Positions 40,312 through 50,732 of a DNA stretch of 64,000 nt are shown in pieces. The position numbers and the translations under genes were made by a program. Below the pieces are notes generated by a model. The model saw nothing but the letters and a program-made list of their open reading frames with translations, made no database searches and was not told where the DNA came from. The stretch is taken from positions 24,691 to 88,690 of the forward strand of contig DAOUWZ010000002.1 of the NCBI GenBank assembly GCA_030666865.1. Reading direction: 5' to 3'. Position 1 is the stretch's first letter. Every line of letters starts with the position of its first letter. Origin of the DNA: a bacterium. Its GTDB lineage: Bacteria > Patescibacteriota > Patescibacteriia > S139-126.

Positions 40312-41094
40312 TTATTTTAATATATGTCTAATTATTTTATTGCCCTCGCTATCCAATTTTACATCAACAGCATTCTGTAAAAAATAACGAGATATTACCT
40401 TGCCACTACCTTCTGGTATTTTAATCTTTGTGCCAATTCTTGGTATTTTCTTATTTAATTCATCATACTGCTCATTTTCATAAGCCAAGCAACACTTCAA
40501 ACGACCGCAAATACCTGACAATCTATCCACTCCTCGATGAGCAATATTCTGTGTTTGAGCCATATCAGCCGAAACCTTGCCTAAAAATTTCAAATGCCCC
40601 TGACAGCACAATGCACAGCCACAATCACCAATATCACCATTTATTTTAGCTTCATCCCGAACACCAATTTGTTCAAGTCTTATATTGCCATGGTACCTTT
40701 TAGTAAGATCTTTTAAAAGATTGCGAAAATCTACTCTACCTTGAGCTATAAACGAAAAAATTAATTTTTCCTTGTCAAAAGAAAAATGAGCGTCAATTAA
40801 TTTCATAGACAAAGCATATTTTTTTACCAGCTCATGACAATATTCCAACGCTCCTTTTTCCGCAATATATATCTCTTTCAATCTATTGTTATCATCTTCG
40901 GTTGGCTTACCAATATATTCAACATATTCTCCGGAAAAATCTTTGGCAAAATCTTCTATAGAATCTACCTTGCCAATTTCTCTTCCCCATTCTGCTTTTA
41001 CTAATATTTTATCACCTACTTTAAAATCAGGATTATCAATTTTTATATAATACTTAGAATCCCAACAAACAAATTGTACACCCACTAATTTCAT
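40312..41094 (-). CDS. PSP1 domain protein (YaaT/RicT family)
   Basis: RVDFR.L, QIGVRDEAK, G.CG..LCC, SGICGRLKCCL.YE. Confidence 0.9.
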   Translation of the reverse strand: MKLVGVQFVCWDSKYYIKIDNPDFKVGDKILVKAEWGREIGKVDSIEDFAKDFSGEYVEYIGKPTEDDNNRLKEIYIAEKGALEYCHELVKKYALSMKLIDAHFSFDKEKLIFSFIAQGRVDFRNLLKDLTKRYHGNIRLEQIGVRDEAKINGDIGDCGCALCCQGHLKFLGKVSADMAQTQNIAHRGVDRLSGICGRLKCCLAYENEQYDELNKKIPRIGTKIKIPEGSGKVISRYFLQNAVDVKLDSEGNKIIRHILK

Positions 41095-41108
41095 TTTTTA
41101 TACAATAA

Positions 41109-41795
41109 CTAGTTAATAACAGTTCCTAAACTCTTATTTTTTAACAATTTTTCCATACAACCTCTATTCCACTTAAATATACGCATGTTTAAATCATTGT
41201 CTCTGGCCAAAGCAAAAGCTGTCTGATCCATAACATTTAAACGATCCTTGAGTATTTGATCGTAAGTTAATTTATCATATTTTTTAGCGTTTCGAAACCT
41301 TTCTGGATCTTTATCATAAACACCATTTACTTTTGTCGCTTTCAATAAAACATCCACGCCAAGCTCCAAAGAAAAAACTACTGAAGCTGTGTCAGTAGAA
41401 AAATATGGCAATCCAGTTCCGCCAAATATTAAGACCATACCTGATTCATAATCCTGTTTAGCTCTTTCTGGTTGATGATGTGTTCCGACTTGAGAAATAT
41501 TTAAAGTAGAATCCAAAACCGCCTGAATTCCCAAACTTTCCAAAGTTGCTTTCAAAACCAAACCATTGGTCACCGCGCCGCACATACCCGCATAGTCAAG
41601 AATAGTCCGATTCAAATCTGCTTTAATTCTGCCGCCGCGCATAATATTGCCAGCCCCAACAACGACTGCGACTTTTTTTTTCTTAGCTGTCAAAACTTTT
41701 ATCTCTTTTGCTACTTGTAAAACCTTTGAGATATTGATGGCATCACCGCCTTTTTGAAAAAATTCTCCGGAAATTTTCAATAATATTCTATTCAT
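41109..41795 (-). CDS. pyrH: UMP kinase
   Basis: RILLKISGE, GAGNIMRG, PYFSTD, VYDKDP, VMDQTA. Confidence 0.93.
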   Translation of the reverse strand: MNRILLKISGEFFQKGGDAINISKVLQVAKEIKVLTAKKKKVAVVVGAGNIMRGGRIKADLNRTILDYAGMCGAVTNGLVLKATLESLGIQAVLDSTLNISQVGTHHQPERAKQDYESGMVLIFGGTGLPYFSTDTASVVFSLELGVDVLLKATKVNGVYDKDPERFRNAKKYDKLTYDQILKDRLNVMDQTAFALARDNDLNMRIFKWNRGCMEKLLKNKSLGTVIN

Positions 41796-41887
41796 ATAAA
41801 AAATATAAAAAATTAATCTAAATATTATTAATAATAAAACAAAATTGAAAAAAATTCAAAAAACCCTGACTAAAGTCAGGGTTTTTA

Positions 41888-42475
41888 TCATAAGCTATAT
41901 CTGACAAATTTATTAATTTTTATATTCTCACCGATTTTTGCTATGCTGGCAGTCAACAATTTTTCTATGGTTAATGAATCTTCCTTAATATAACTTTGCC
42001 TCAAAAGACATGTGCCGGCGTAATACTTTTCCAATTTACCTTCAATTATCTTTTCGATAATATTAGCTGGTTTATCAGAATCTTTCATTTCTTCCCGATA
42101 GATGTCTTTCTCTTTATTTTTTTCTTCTTCTGGAACATTATCAGGGGATAAATATTTTGGATTCATAGCTGCTACCTGCATAGCTAAATTGTTTGCTAAC
42201 TCTTTAAACTGATCAGTCCTAGCTACGAAATCTGTTTCGCAATTCAAAGAAACCATAGCCGCCACCCTGCCATTAGCATGCAAATACATTCCGATCAAAC
42301 CTTCAGATGCATCACGATCAGATTTCTTAGCAGCAATCTTTTGTCCTTTTTTTCGAAGTAACTCTATTGCTCTGTCAACACTGCCATTGGCTTCAACCAA
42401 AGCTTGTTTGGCATCCATCATGCCAGCTCCAGTTTTATCTCTTAATTCTTTTACATCACCTGCTTTAATATCCAT
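41888..42475 (-). CDS. tsf: elongation factor Ts (short form)
   Basis: VKELRDKTGAGMMDAK, NCETDFVA. Confidence 0.97.
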   Translation of the reverse strand: MDIKAGDVKELRDKTGAGMMDAKQALVEANGSVDRAIELLRKKGQKIAAKKSDRDASEGLIGMYLHANGRVAAMVSLNCETDFVARTDQFKELANNLAMQVAAMNPKYLSPDNVPEEEKNKEKDIYREEMKDSDKPANIIEKIIEGKLEKYYAGTCLLRQSYIKEDSLTIEKLLTASIAKIGENIKINKFVRYSL

Positions 42476-42485
42476 ATTTTTATAA

Positions 42486-43247
42486 TTATTTTTTATTATT
42501 TTCCTCTTTTGGTTTGGAAACTGTTTTCTTCTCAACTACAGGAACTTTTTTGGCAAACTCTGCCTTGCCCAATCTTACTGCCTGAACAATCAAATCAGTA
42601 ATTAATTGCACTGACCGAATGGCATCATCATTAGCAGGAATTGGATAATTAACTTTATTAGGATTTACATTGGTGTCACACATTGCCACAATTGGAATAT
42701 TCATATTCCTTGATTCGTTGATAGCTGTTTTCTCTTCCTTAATATCAACTACGAAAATCAAACTTGGCAATTTACTCATTTTCCTAATGCCACCGACCTT
42801 ATACAAAAGACTATCATATTCTTTTTGCAAATTTAGTTGCTCTTTTTTAGTATACCGATCCCATTCACCTTTTTCTTTTTGCTTTTCAAGTTTTTCCAAT
42901 TTTTTAATCAACTTAAAAACAGTTTTAAAATTGGTAAATATTCCACCAACCCATTTCCCAGCTACATAGGGACTCTGAGAATCTATAGCGCCTTTTTTAA
43001 TAATATCTTTTATTTGCTTTTTAGAACCTACAAAAAGCACTTCCCCGCCTTTACTAGTTTCACTGATAATAAAATCAATGGCTTTATTAAGCTGTGTCTG
43101 AGTTTGCTCTAAATCAATAACATGAACTCCATCTCTAGAAGTAAAAATAAAAGGCTTCATTTTTGGATGCCACCGTGAAGTCTGGTGACCAAAATGAACC
43201 CCATTTTTCAACATCTCCATTAGAGATGGTAATGTAATTTTTGACAT
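42486..43247 (-). CDS. rpsB: 30S ribosomal protein S2
   Basis: GVHFGHQTSRWHPKM, DTNVNP, PANDDAIRS. Confidence 0.97.
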   Translation of the reverse strand: MSKITLPSLMEMLKNGVHFGHQTSRWHPKMKPFIFTSRDGVHVIDLEQTQTQLNKAIDFIISETSKGGEVLFVGSKKQIKDIIKKGAIDSQSPYVAGKWVGGIFTNFKTVFKLIKKLEKLEKQKEKGEWDRYTKKEQLNLQKEYDSLLYKVGGIRKMSKLPSLIFVVDIKEEKTAINESRNMNIPIVAMCDTNVNPNKVNYPIPANDDAIRSVQLITDLIVQAVRLGKAEFAKKVPVVEKKTVSKPKEENNKK

Positions 43248-43541
43248 ATTTTTATCCTTTCTATTATCCCCTATATAGGGATTCTCTATTTTCGTCATTT
43301 CAGCTTGTAGCCCAAAACATTGGGAGGAAACAAGTGATCAGAAAATATAAGTGGTAATTAATTAGTTAATTATTAAACTTGTTATGTAATAAAAAACCTT
43401 TTTTAGGTCAAAACCAGTTTACAACAAAATACAAATAATTGCAAGTCTTTTTATAATAGCAGACTCTTGCCAAACTTATTTGTATATGTTATCTTTATTC
43501 TACTTGTAAATAATTGATTTAATTATATTTGAAGAAAAGAT

Positions 43542-43820
43542 ATGAAAAAAGATATTCATCCAAAATATTATCTAAATGCCAAGGTTAACTGCGCTTGCGG
43601 TAATTCTTTTAAAACTGGTTCAACTGTAGAAAATATTCATGTTGAAATTTGTTCAAAATGCCACCCTTTTTATACTGGCAAATCAAATATTATTGATACT
43701 GCCGGCAGAGTCGATAGATTCAAAAAACGACAAGAAAAGTCAGTTAGTAAAACCAAAAAAACATTAACTGCTACACAAAAAAAAGCCAAAATTGCAAAAA
43801 GAAAAAAAAGTGACAAATAA
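43542..43820 (+). CDS. rpmE: 50S ribosomal protein L31
   Basis: [23 protein letters not shown]. Confidence 0.97.
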   Translation: MKKDIHPKYYLNAKVNCACGNSFKTGSTVENIHVEICSKCHPFYTGKSNIIDTAGRVDRFKKRQEKSVSKTKKTLTATQKKAKIAKRKKSDK

Positions 43821-43891
43821 CTATATTGATAAAAAACTCTGCTTTCTCTTAGGCAGGGTTTTTGTTATGATAAAATATATAAATTAATATT

Positions 43892-44941
43892 ATGGAAAAT
43901 AAAATAAAAAAATTAAATGATCAAAAAAACGATTTAGAAAATAAATTAGCCAATTTTTCCAATGATCCGCAAAAATTGAAAACTTTAGCCAAGAAATACA
44001 ATGAAACCAAAGAACTACTAGGACTTTACGAAAAACTCGGGCAAACAAATACCGCCATCAATGACGCTAATCAGACTTTAGCCGAAGGAGATGACGCTGA
44101 ACTGACAATTTTGGCCGAAGAACAAATCAGCAATCTGACTCCGAAAAAAAACGAACTGGAATTGCAAATTCAAGAAATTGAACACCCGATTTCTCCTTTG
44201 GATAAAAAAAATATCATTATGGAAATCAGAGCTGGTACTGGCGGCGAAGAAGCCGCCCTCTTTGCTGGCGACTTATTCAGAATGTACTCGCGTTATGCTG
44301 AAAAACAAAAATTTAAAATCTCCGTAATCTCTACAAATAGAACTGGTATTGGCGGATTCAAAGAAATTATTTTTTCAATTGAAGGAAAAAATGTCTACGG
44401 CAATCTAAAATTTGAATCTGGTGTTCATCGAGTGCAAAGAATTCCAGAAACAGAAAAATCCGGCCGAGTGCATACTTCCGCCGCGACAATAGCGGTTATG
44501 CCAGAGGCAGAAGAAATTGATTTAAAAATGGATCCAGCCGACTTAAAAATTGAGGCCAACACCTCCACCGGTGCCGGCGGACAATCAGTTAATACTACTT
44601 ATTCATCAATTCGCATCACTCACCTGCCAACTGGCTTAATAGTTAATTGCCAAGACGAGCGTTCGCAAACTCAAAATAAACTGAAAGCCCTGCAAGTAAT
44701 ACGTTCCCGCTTATTTGCGATAGAAGAAGAAAAAAGAATGGCTGAAGAATCAGCTATGAGAAAAGATCAAATCGGCTCTGGCGACCGATCAGAAAAAATC
44801 AGAACGTATAATTGGCCGCAAAATAGAGTAACTGATCATAGAATAAATTTAACCCTGCATAATCTTGAACAAATTTTAGATGGTGAACTTGATGAAATAA
44901 TTCAAGCATTAAAAAAAGTAGACAGAGCTAGCCAATCATAA
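43892..44941 (+). CDS. prfA: peptide chain release factor 1
   Basis: [17 protein letters not shown] anticodon motif, GAGGQ. Confidence 0.97.
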   Translation: MENKIKKLNDQKNDLENKLANFSNDPQKLKTLAKKYNETKELLGLYEKLGQTNTAINDANQTLAEGDDAELTILAEEQISNLTPKKNELELQIQEIEHPISPLDKKNIIMEIRAGTGGEEAALFAGDLFRMYSRYAEKQKFKISVISTNRTGIGGFKEIIFSIEGKNVYGNLKFESGVHRVQRIPETEKSGRVHTSAATIAVMPEAEEIDLKMDPADLKIEANTSTGAGGQSVNTTYSSIRITHLPTGLIVNCQDERSQTQNKLKALQVIRSRLFAIEEEKRMAEESAMRKDQIGSGDRSEKIRTYNWPQNRVTDHRINLTLHNLEQILDGELDEIIQALKKVDRASQS

Positions 44942-45022
44942 ACCGACCCACGTAGGTCATTACAATTATCATAAATAATAATCTTTAATTTGAAAAAGAG
45001 GCCTTTTGGGCCTCTCTTAAAT

Positions 45023-45666
45023 TTAAAAAATACAATACGATTTAGTTAACAAAAATGCTATGGCAACATAAACGCCAGCAATAACATCATCTATCATTAC
45101 TTGATATCCGATCTTTAAAAGTATTGTATCAGATACCTGATGAAGCGCATTGCGAGGCGGTTCTTTCCCATTTCCGAATTGATTTTCAAAAATATCCTTG
45201 ATTTCCTCTTTTAATTTTTCTTCATATTTACCTATCAACGGCCATTTAAATATATCAAATAGACGAAAGAAGAAAAAAGCAATAATAAAATCTAAATAGG
45301 GTTAATGTATATACCATAAGCTTTTAAAATAAATATAGGCAATACGCCAATAAAAATTCCCGCAAATTCGTCAATTACTGTTTTGTCCATATCAAAGTAA
45401 ACTTGCTCGTCAGTATGCCTGTTCCCAAATCCTGATTTTTTGTAATCATACAATTCAGCCGTTCCTGTTATTATAATACCAATAAACGTAACGGCAATTA
45501 TCATAATTACAATAATCAGCCAAGATAGTCCAGCCTGATACATATAATAAGCTATCACGCTAGCCACTAAACTACCGGCTGTTCCCGGCGCAACAGGACA
45601 AAATCCTGAATAAAAACCGGTAGAAATAAACTTACACATTTCACATTGCCAATCTGAAATACGCAT
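45023..45666 (-). pseudogene. pgpA: frameshifted phosphatidylglycerophosphatase A-like gene
   Basis: N-part: TGFYSGFCPVAPGTAGS, VIDEFAG; C-part in the -1 frame: AFFFFRLFDIFKWPLI, MIDDVIAG; break at about 45299-45301. Confidence 0.8.
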
Positions 45667-45745
45667 AATTAATTCCCCTTTTAAAAAATATATATTTATT
45701 AATTAACGATTAAATTAATTTACTTGTTTATTAATAAAATGTCAA

Positions 45746-45937
45746 GAAAATTAGCGTGTCTTAAGTGTCAAACACTGGGGCTTATCTATTCTTACAAACG
45801 ATTAAAATCCTCGTTCTGCTCTCCGTAGCTATCATAATTCTGATTCACGCTAATTTTCATTCGCTATCCTCCCCTAATGCCAAGTATCGGGGGTCTAAAG
45901 CGAAGGAGGGTCAAACATTTTGACTACGGATTTTTTT
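45746..45937. repeat. structured composite intergenic repeat (MITE-like)
   Basis: 13-bp IR gaaaattagcgtg/cacgctaattttc; aaaatcc..tccgtag/ctacggatttt; nested tcctcc[..]ggaggg hairpin. Confidence 0.5.
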
Positions 45938-45977
45938 CGCTTGGTTTTTTACATAAAAAAAGATATTATTAAATTAT

Positions 45978-47135
45978 ATGAAAAAAATAGATTGTAAAAA
46001 ACTAGCGAATTTTTTTGGCTTAGTGCTAGTCTGGCGACTAGCTGTTCAGCTATTATTTTGGATAAGTAAAACTAGTTTCTCGCTCAATCCTGATATCTCT
46101 TACGAATTTGACAATCCCAATCTTTGGATTAATGATCTGCCAAACTGGCTCAAAAGTTTTGCCAATTGGGATTCAGGCTGGTATCTGAAAATCGCCTCTG
46201 ATGGTTATGAATATATTCCTGAGACTGCTGCTAATATAGTTTTCTTTCCATTATATCCCCTATTAATGCGCTGGCTAGCTTGGCTGATGAATAATCAATA
46301 TCTTTTGGCTGGAATAATTTTATCCCATACTTTTTTAATATTGGCAATCTATTTTTTTTATAAATTAATCAAAATAGATTTTTCTGAAAAAGTAGCTTGG
46401 CGGAGCGTACTTTATCTTCTAGTTTTTCCTGTTTCTTTTTTCTTAATTTCAGTCTACACGGAATCACTTTTTTTATTTCTGGTTATATTATCATTTTATT
46501 TAGCCAGAAAAAGAAAGTGGCTGCTGACTGGAATTGTGGGAATATTTTTAAGTCTAACAAAACCTTGGGGCATAACTATCTGTTTGCCGCTATTAATAGA
46601 ATACTTGGATCAAAATAATTTCAAATTTAAAGAAATAAAAGCCGATATCTTGTGGCTCGGACTGCCCTTACTGGGATTACTTTCTTATATGCGATTTTTA
46701 AAAGTAAAATTCGGTTCTTATTTCCTGTTTGTCAGCAGTCAAACTGCATGGCACGATGAATACGCTTTTAACTTTTTCAAAATAATAACCGACTATTTCA
46801 ATAATATATTTATAAACATTTCCGATAACTTATCATACCAAACTTCTATTACTTTTGATTTTAGCTTTTTTATTTTGGCATTAATTCTATCAATTCTAGT
46901 TTTTTTCTATGTCAGAAAATCATATGGGGTTTATGCCTTGCTAGCTACATTGATTCCGGCCTTCTCTGGAATAATGGTTTCTATGTCTAGATATATACTT
47001 ATTATCTTTCCTATTTTTATTTTATTAGCAAAATTTGGCAGAAAAAAAATAGTTAATTCTGGCGTTATGATTATATTTACTTCCCTCTTAGCCTATTTTA
47101 TTATTTTATTTGTCAATAATTACTGGGTAGCGTGA
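45978..47135 (+). CDS. GT-C mannosyltransferase (PIG-V-like)
   Basis: WDSGWYLKIA..GY, FFPLYP, YTESLFL, SMSRY. Confidence 0.88.
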   Translation: MKKIDCKKLANFFGLVLVWRLAVQLLFWISKTSFSLNPDISYEFDNPNLWINDLPNWLKSFANWDSGWYLKIASDGYEYIPETAANIVFFPLYPLLMRWLAWLMNNQYLLAGIILSHTFLILAIYFFYKLIKIDFSEKVAWRSVLYLLVFPVSFFLISVYTESLFLFLVILSFYLARKRKWLLTGIVGIFLSLTKPWGITICLPLLIEYLDQNNFKFKEIKADILWLGLPLLGLLSYMRFLKVKFGSYFLFVSSQTAWHDEYAFNFFKIITDYFNNIFINISDNLSYQTSITFDFSFFILALILSILVFFYVRKSYGVYALLATLIPAFSGIMVSMSRYILIIFPIFILLAKFGRKKIVNSGVMIIFTSLLAYFIILFVNNYWVA

Positions 47136-47193
47136 AACATGTAACATACAGCATATAACACGAAACAATTTAGATTAAATAATAAATAAACCT

Positions 47194-47229
47194 TGTTACG
47201 TAGCATGTTACGTAGCATGTTACGTAACA
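47194..47229. repeat. 3x12-bp tandem self-complementary repeat
   Basis: tgttacgtagca x2 plus tgttacgtaaca; related palindrome at about 14422-14447. Confidence 0.7.
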
Positions 47230-47230
47230 G

Positions 47231-48058
47231 ATGACTATTAAACAAGCTCTTCTCTGGGCAACCAAAAAATTAAACCAAACTTCAAACTCCCCTCAGCTTG
47301 ATGCTGAGATTCTTTTAGCTTATTTATTCAACCAGCCCAAATCATTTCTATACACCTATCCAGCCAAAAAATTAACAACCAATCAAGAACAAAAATACAG
47401 AACATATATTGCCAAAAGAAAAAACCTTTATCCCATAGCTTATATTACTAATAACAGGGAATTTTATTACAATAATTTTTTTGTTGATGAAAATGTACTA
47501 ATCCCTAGACCAGAAACTGAACTTCTGATAGATGAAGCTATCAAGTTGATCAAAAAAAATAACATCAACCATATAGCCGATATTGGAACTGGCAGTGGCG
47601 CAATCGCTATCACTTTAAAAAAACTATTTCCCAAATCAAATATTTATGCAACTGACATTTCCAAACCAGCTCTTAAAATTGCCAAAAAAAACGCTACATT
47701 GCACCATGCTAAAATAAATTTTTTATATGGAAATCTACTAGAACCACTAAAAAATAAAAGTATAGATCTGCTGCTAGCAAACCTGCCTTATGTATCATAT
47801 GATATTTATCACTCAGTCAAATCAATTAAACATGAACCTCAAAATGCGCTGCTGGCAAAAAATAATGGCATCTTCTATTATCAAAATTTGATAGCTATGA
47901 TTCTTAAATCAAAACAAAAAATCAAATATTTGATACTGGAAATAAATCCAAGGCAGGAAAAACTTCTACAAAAAGACTTACAAAAACTCAAACCAAAAAA
48001 AATCTTAATAAAAAAAGATTTAAATAAAAAAAATCGTTTCATAATTATTTATTTATAA
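47231..48058 (+). CDS. prmC: release factor glutamine methyltransferase
   Basis: LDAEILL, PIAYI, VLIPRPETE, DIGTGSGAI, NLPY. Confidence 0.95.
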   Translation: MTIKQALLWATKKLNQTSNSPQLDAEILLAYLFNQPKSFLYTYPAKKLTTNQEQKYRTYIAKRKNLYPIAYITNNREFYYNNFFVDENVLIPRPETELLIDEAIKLIKKNNINHIADIGTGSGAIAITLKKLFPKSNIYATDISKPALKIAKKNATLHHAKINFLYGNLLEPLKNKSIDLLLANLPYVSYDIYHSVKSIKHEPQNALLAKNNGIFYYQNLIAMILKSKQKIKYLILEINPRQEKLLQKDLQKLKPKKILIKKDLNKKNRFIIIYL

Positions 48059-48092
48059 AAAGGATAAATTACCCGGCAAATATATTTAAATC

Positions 48093-48121
48093 GTAGTGAC
48101 AGAGCACTGCTCTGTCACTAC
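48093..48121. repeat. GTAG-type REP palindrome
   Basis: gtagtgacagagcactgctctgtcactac. Confidence 0.8.
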
Positions 48122-48152
48122 ATTCTAACAACTATCACCCATAAACTATAAC

Positions 48153-49220
48153 CTAGAAAACTTCTCTATCTCCAGGCACTACTACAATCCAAGTTAAGCC
48201 TTGATTAAGTTCAATTTGCTTGCTTCCTTCACCAAAAAACTTAGTTTTCTGTCCTGGCGATTCTTTCTTCCAAAAAATATCTTTCTTCATACCATCTTGC
48301 CAAAGAATTGCCTCTCCATTTCCAAAAATATCTAACTTAATTCTCAATTTTTCATCAAGTATTTTTTCTGCGGGCACAAATTGAACTATTATATTATTAA
48401 CGATAACTAATTGTCCATTATCTAAAACATTCTTATTACCCTGTTTCCTGATATAAGCATTTCTTTTCCTATTATAGATAAATTTAGAATCATATATTTC
48501 TCCAGCGGTAAAATCAATATAAACTTCATCATTATAATCATTTCTTTCTTCAAAAATCAAATCGGCTTTATAAAGCCAATCTTCTTTATATTCTGTCAAT
48601 CCCCAAGACTCTAAAGCTTTATTCAATTTTTTTGAACTGGTAAATAAATTATGTGGCGCATTTCTATTAAAATCTCGATAAAAATAGTATTGCCCAGCGC
48701 CTGAAATTTCATTCAAATCATTTATTTCCAATTTTTTTATATCATCCAATGCTTCGGGACTACCGCCGGCATGAACATACAGGGCATCATACTCATTAGC
48801 CCATTCAACAAAATAAGGGCGAGCTGAACGCACTGGACCAATCTTTTCTATATTCTTATTTACATCAAAAATACCTAAAAATCTTGTTGCTCCACCCTCA
48901 ACCAATGTTTCATAAACAAAACGAGCCTCTGATATCCCTACCTGCGGTCTAGCTAAAAAATAATTATCAAGCATAACTGCTATCGGATATGATGGTTGAA
49001 CTACTTCTTTTTGATCCAATATTTCCTTATTTCTATTTTCAATTACACTAATTGGATTTACTTTTTGAACTCTATGAGAAATATTTTTTACATTGTAATA
49101 ATTTTCATTCTCAGCCAAAAGAACAAATATTCCAAAAATTAATATGGTAAATAATAAAAGTACTATTATAGCAACAATTTCATTTTTTTTAATAAAATAT
49201 TTTTTCTCATTAATCGGCAT
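48153..49220 (-). CDS. DUF3048 domain protein
   Basis: PIAVMLDN..ARPQ.G, VEGGATRF, GPVRSAR, HAGGS, APHNL. Confidence 0.9.
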   Translation of the reverse strand: MPINEKKYFIKKNEIVAIIVLLLFTILIFGIFVLLAENENYYNVKNISHRVQKVNPISVIENRNKEILDQKEVVQPSYPIAVMLDNYFLARPQVGISEARFVYETLVEGGATRFLGIFDVNKNIEKIGPVRSARPYFVEWANEYDALYVHAGGSPEALDDIKKLEINDLNEISGAGQYYFYRDFNRNAPHNLFTSSKKLNKALESWGLTEYKEDWLYKADLIFEERNDYNDEVYIDFTAGEIYDSKFIYNRKRNAYIRKQGNKNVLDNGQLVIVNNIIVQFVPAEKILDEKLRIKLDIFGNGEAILWQDGMKKDIFWKKESPGQKTKFFGEGSKQIELNQGLTWIVVVPGDREVF

Positions 49221-49255
49221 GATTTTTTATTGAAATATTTAGATTTGTTTATATG

Positions 49256-49910
49256 AAATAATTTTGCAACCATCTCTATAATTAATTTATTACTGTGCTC
49301 CCATTATTGTATAACCATTTGGAAGTTCCGTAACAAAATCAAAATCCGGACAATTGCCCTTACCATGATCTTCTTGCAAGGTTTCAAAATTTACTATTTG
49401 TAAAATATAATACTCATTTAAACATTTGTGTGATCCGTATGAAAATTTTTTATACCGATAAAAATAATTTTCATCATTATAAGGATCTCTAGGAATATCA
49501 ATAAGAATTTCTTCTTCAATCAACTGGGGAATAAATTCATACAAGCCACCTTTTGGTTCATAAGTCGCATCCCAACCATTCCAATCATCATCTATTGTAT
49601 CTGGATATTCATTATAACGATCATAATAAATATCCAAAGCTTTTGCTATCTCTTTTAAATCTGCTTTTCTTTTAACATCTCTAACTTTTGCTCGAATATT
49701 ATCAAATCCTACAAAAAAAATCACTGCTATACATCCCGTAATTATGATAGCGAAGCTCTTTCGTAATTTATTTTTTGAATTCATAGATGACATAACTCTT
49801 CTATAATTATAACATATCTAGTTACTGTGTAAAAATGATTGTAAAAAGAAAAACAGCCACGCAAACGCGGGGCTGTCTAATAAATATTTGAGATGGTTGC
49901 AAAACTATTT
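49256..49910. repeat. 21-bp inverted repeat pair bracketing the pilin-like gene
   Basis: AAATAATTTTGCAACCATCTC (49256-49276) and GAGATGGTTGCAAAACTATTT (49890-49910), 20/21 complementary. Confidence 0.8.
49290..49793 (-). CDS. pilin/GspG-like protein without canonical GFxxxE prepilin motif
   Basis: Hydrophobic N-terminus, RAKVRDVKRKADL..I..ALDIYY...YP, PRDP. Confidence 0.75.
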   Translation of the reverse strand: MSSMNSKNKLRKSFAIIITGCIAVIFFVGFDNIRAKVRDVKRKADLKEIAKALDIYYDRYNEYPDTIDDDWNGWDATYEPKGGLYEFIPQLIEEEILIDIPRDPYNDENYFYRYKKFSYGSHKCLNEYYILQIVNFETLQEDHGKGNCPDFDFVTELPNGYTIMGAQ

Positions 49911-49926
49911 TATGACTATCTTATTA

Positions 49927-50622
49927 TTATTTCTTATTTTCTGACTTTTCTTTCTTATCTCCTTCCTTCTTATCCTCCTCTTTCTTATCGCCTTCATCAG
50001 CATTTTCATCCTCTTCTTTCTTATCGCCTTCATCAGCATTTTCATCCTCTTCTTTGACTGGTTCTTTTTCGACCCTTGGCGGCTGAACCAAACAAACTGG
50101 GATTGAATCATTTAAATTTAATGTTATACCCTCAGGAATTTTCAAATCTCCTATAGTAATAACTTGATCAAATTCTTCTAAAGCAGAAATATCAACATCT
50201 ATCTTCGGAACTAAATCTTTTGGCAAACAGCTAACTTGAATGTCACTTATAGATTTTACAAATACACCGCCCAATTCTTTAACCGCCTTAGATATGCCAA
50301 TAAATTCCAAAGGAATTTCTGTACTAAGTTTTTCATTCATATTTACGATATAAAAATCAATATGAATAACTTCATCAGTAACAGGATCTTGCTGAATATT
50401 CTTAACCAAAACATTAATAGGCTTATTTTCGTCAATGGTCAATTCAATCAAATTACTTTCTCCGACTTTATTATAAAGCTTTTCAAAATCATTTTTAACA
50501 ACCGTAACATGCTGATTTTTCTTTTTATGGCCATAAATCTCACCTGGTATCAATTCATCCTGCCTTAATTTACCAGCAGATGCTGATTCTAAATCTCTGG
50601 TTTTAACCTTAAATTCAAACAT
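49927..50622 (-). CDS. rplY: 50S ribosomal protein L25/CTC
   Basis: IPGEIYG, QQDPVTD.VIHIDF, GISKAVKELGG, CLPKDL; acidic tail with 36-bp tandem duplication. Confidence 0.95.
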   Translation of the reverse strand: MFEFKVKTRDLESASAGKLRQDELIPGEIYGHKKKNQHVTVVKNDFEKLYNKVGESNLIELTIDENKPINVLVKNIQQDPVTDEVIHIDFYIVNMNEKLSTEIPLEFIGISKAVKELGGVFVKSISDIQVSCLPKDLVPKIDVDISALEEFDQVITIGDLKIPEGITLNLNDSIPVCLVQPPRVEKEPVKEEDENADEGDKKEEDENADEGDKKEEDKKEGDKKEKSENKK

Positions 50623-50732
50623 AATTTTATTAATTATTTATGTAATATTTATATTAACTAAAAAATATCAATCAGTCAAGAGCTAGTCTTCAAACCTATT
50701 ATTTATGCAGAACATTAAAAATAGGAGTTAAC

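Noticed and set aside
47194-47229. Possible CRISPR array
   Set aside because: 12-bp tandem units with no spacers; no cas genes in the window
49905-50111. 68-aa basic ORF
   Set aside because: Alternate frame of the repetitive rplY tail
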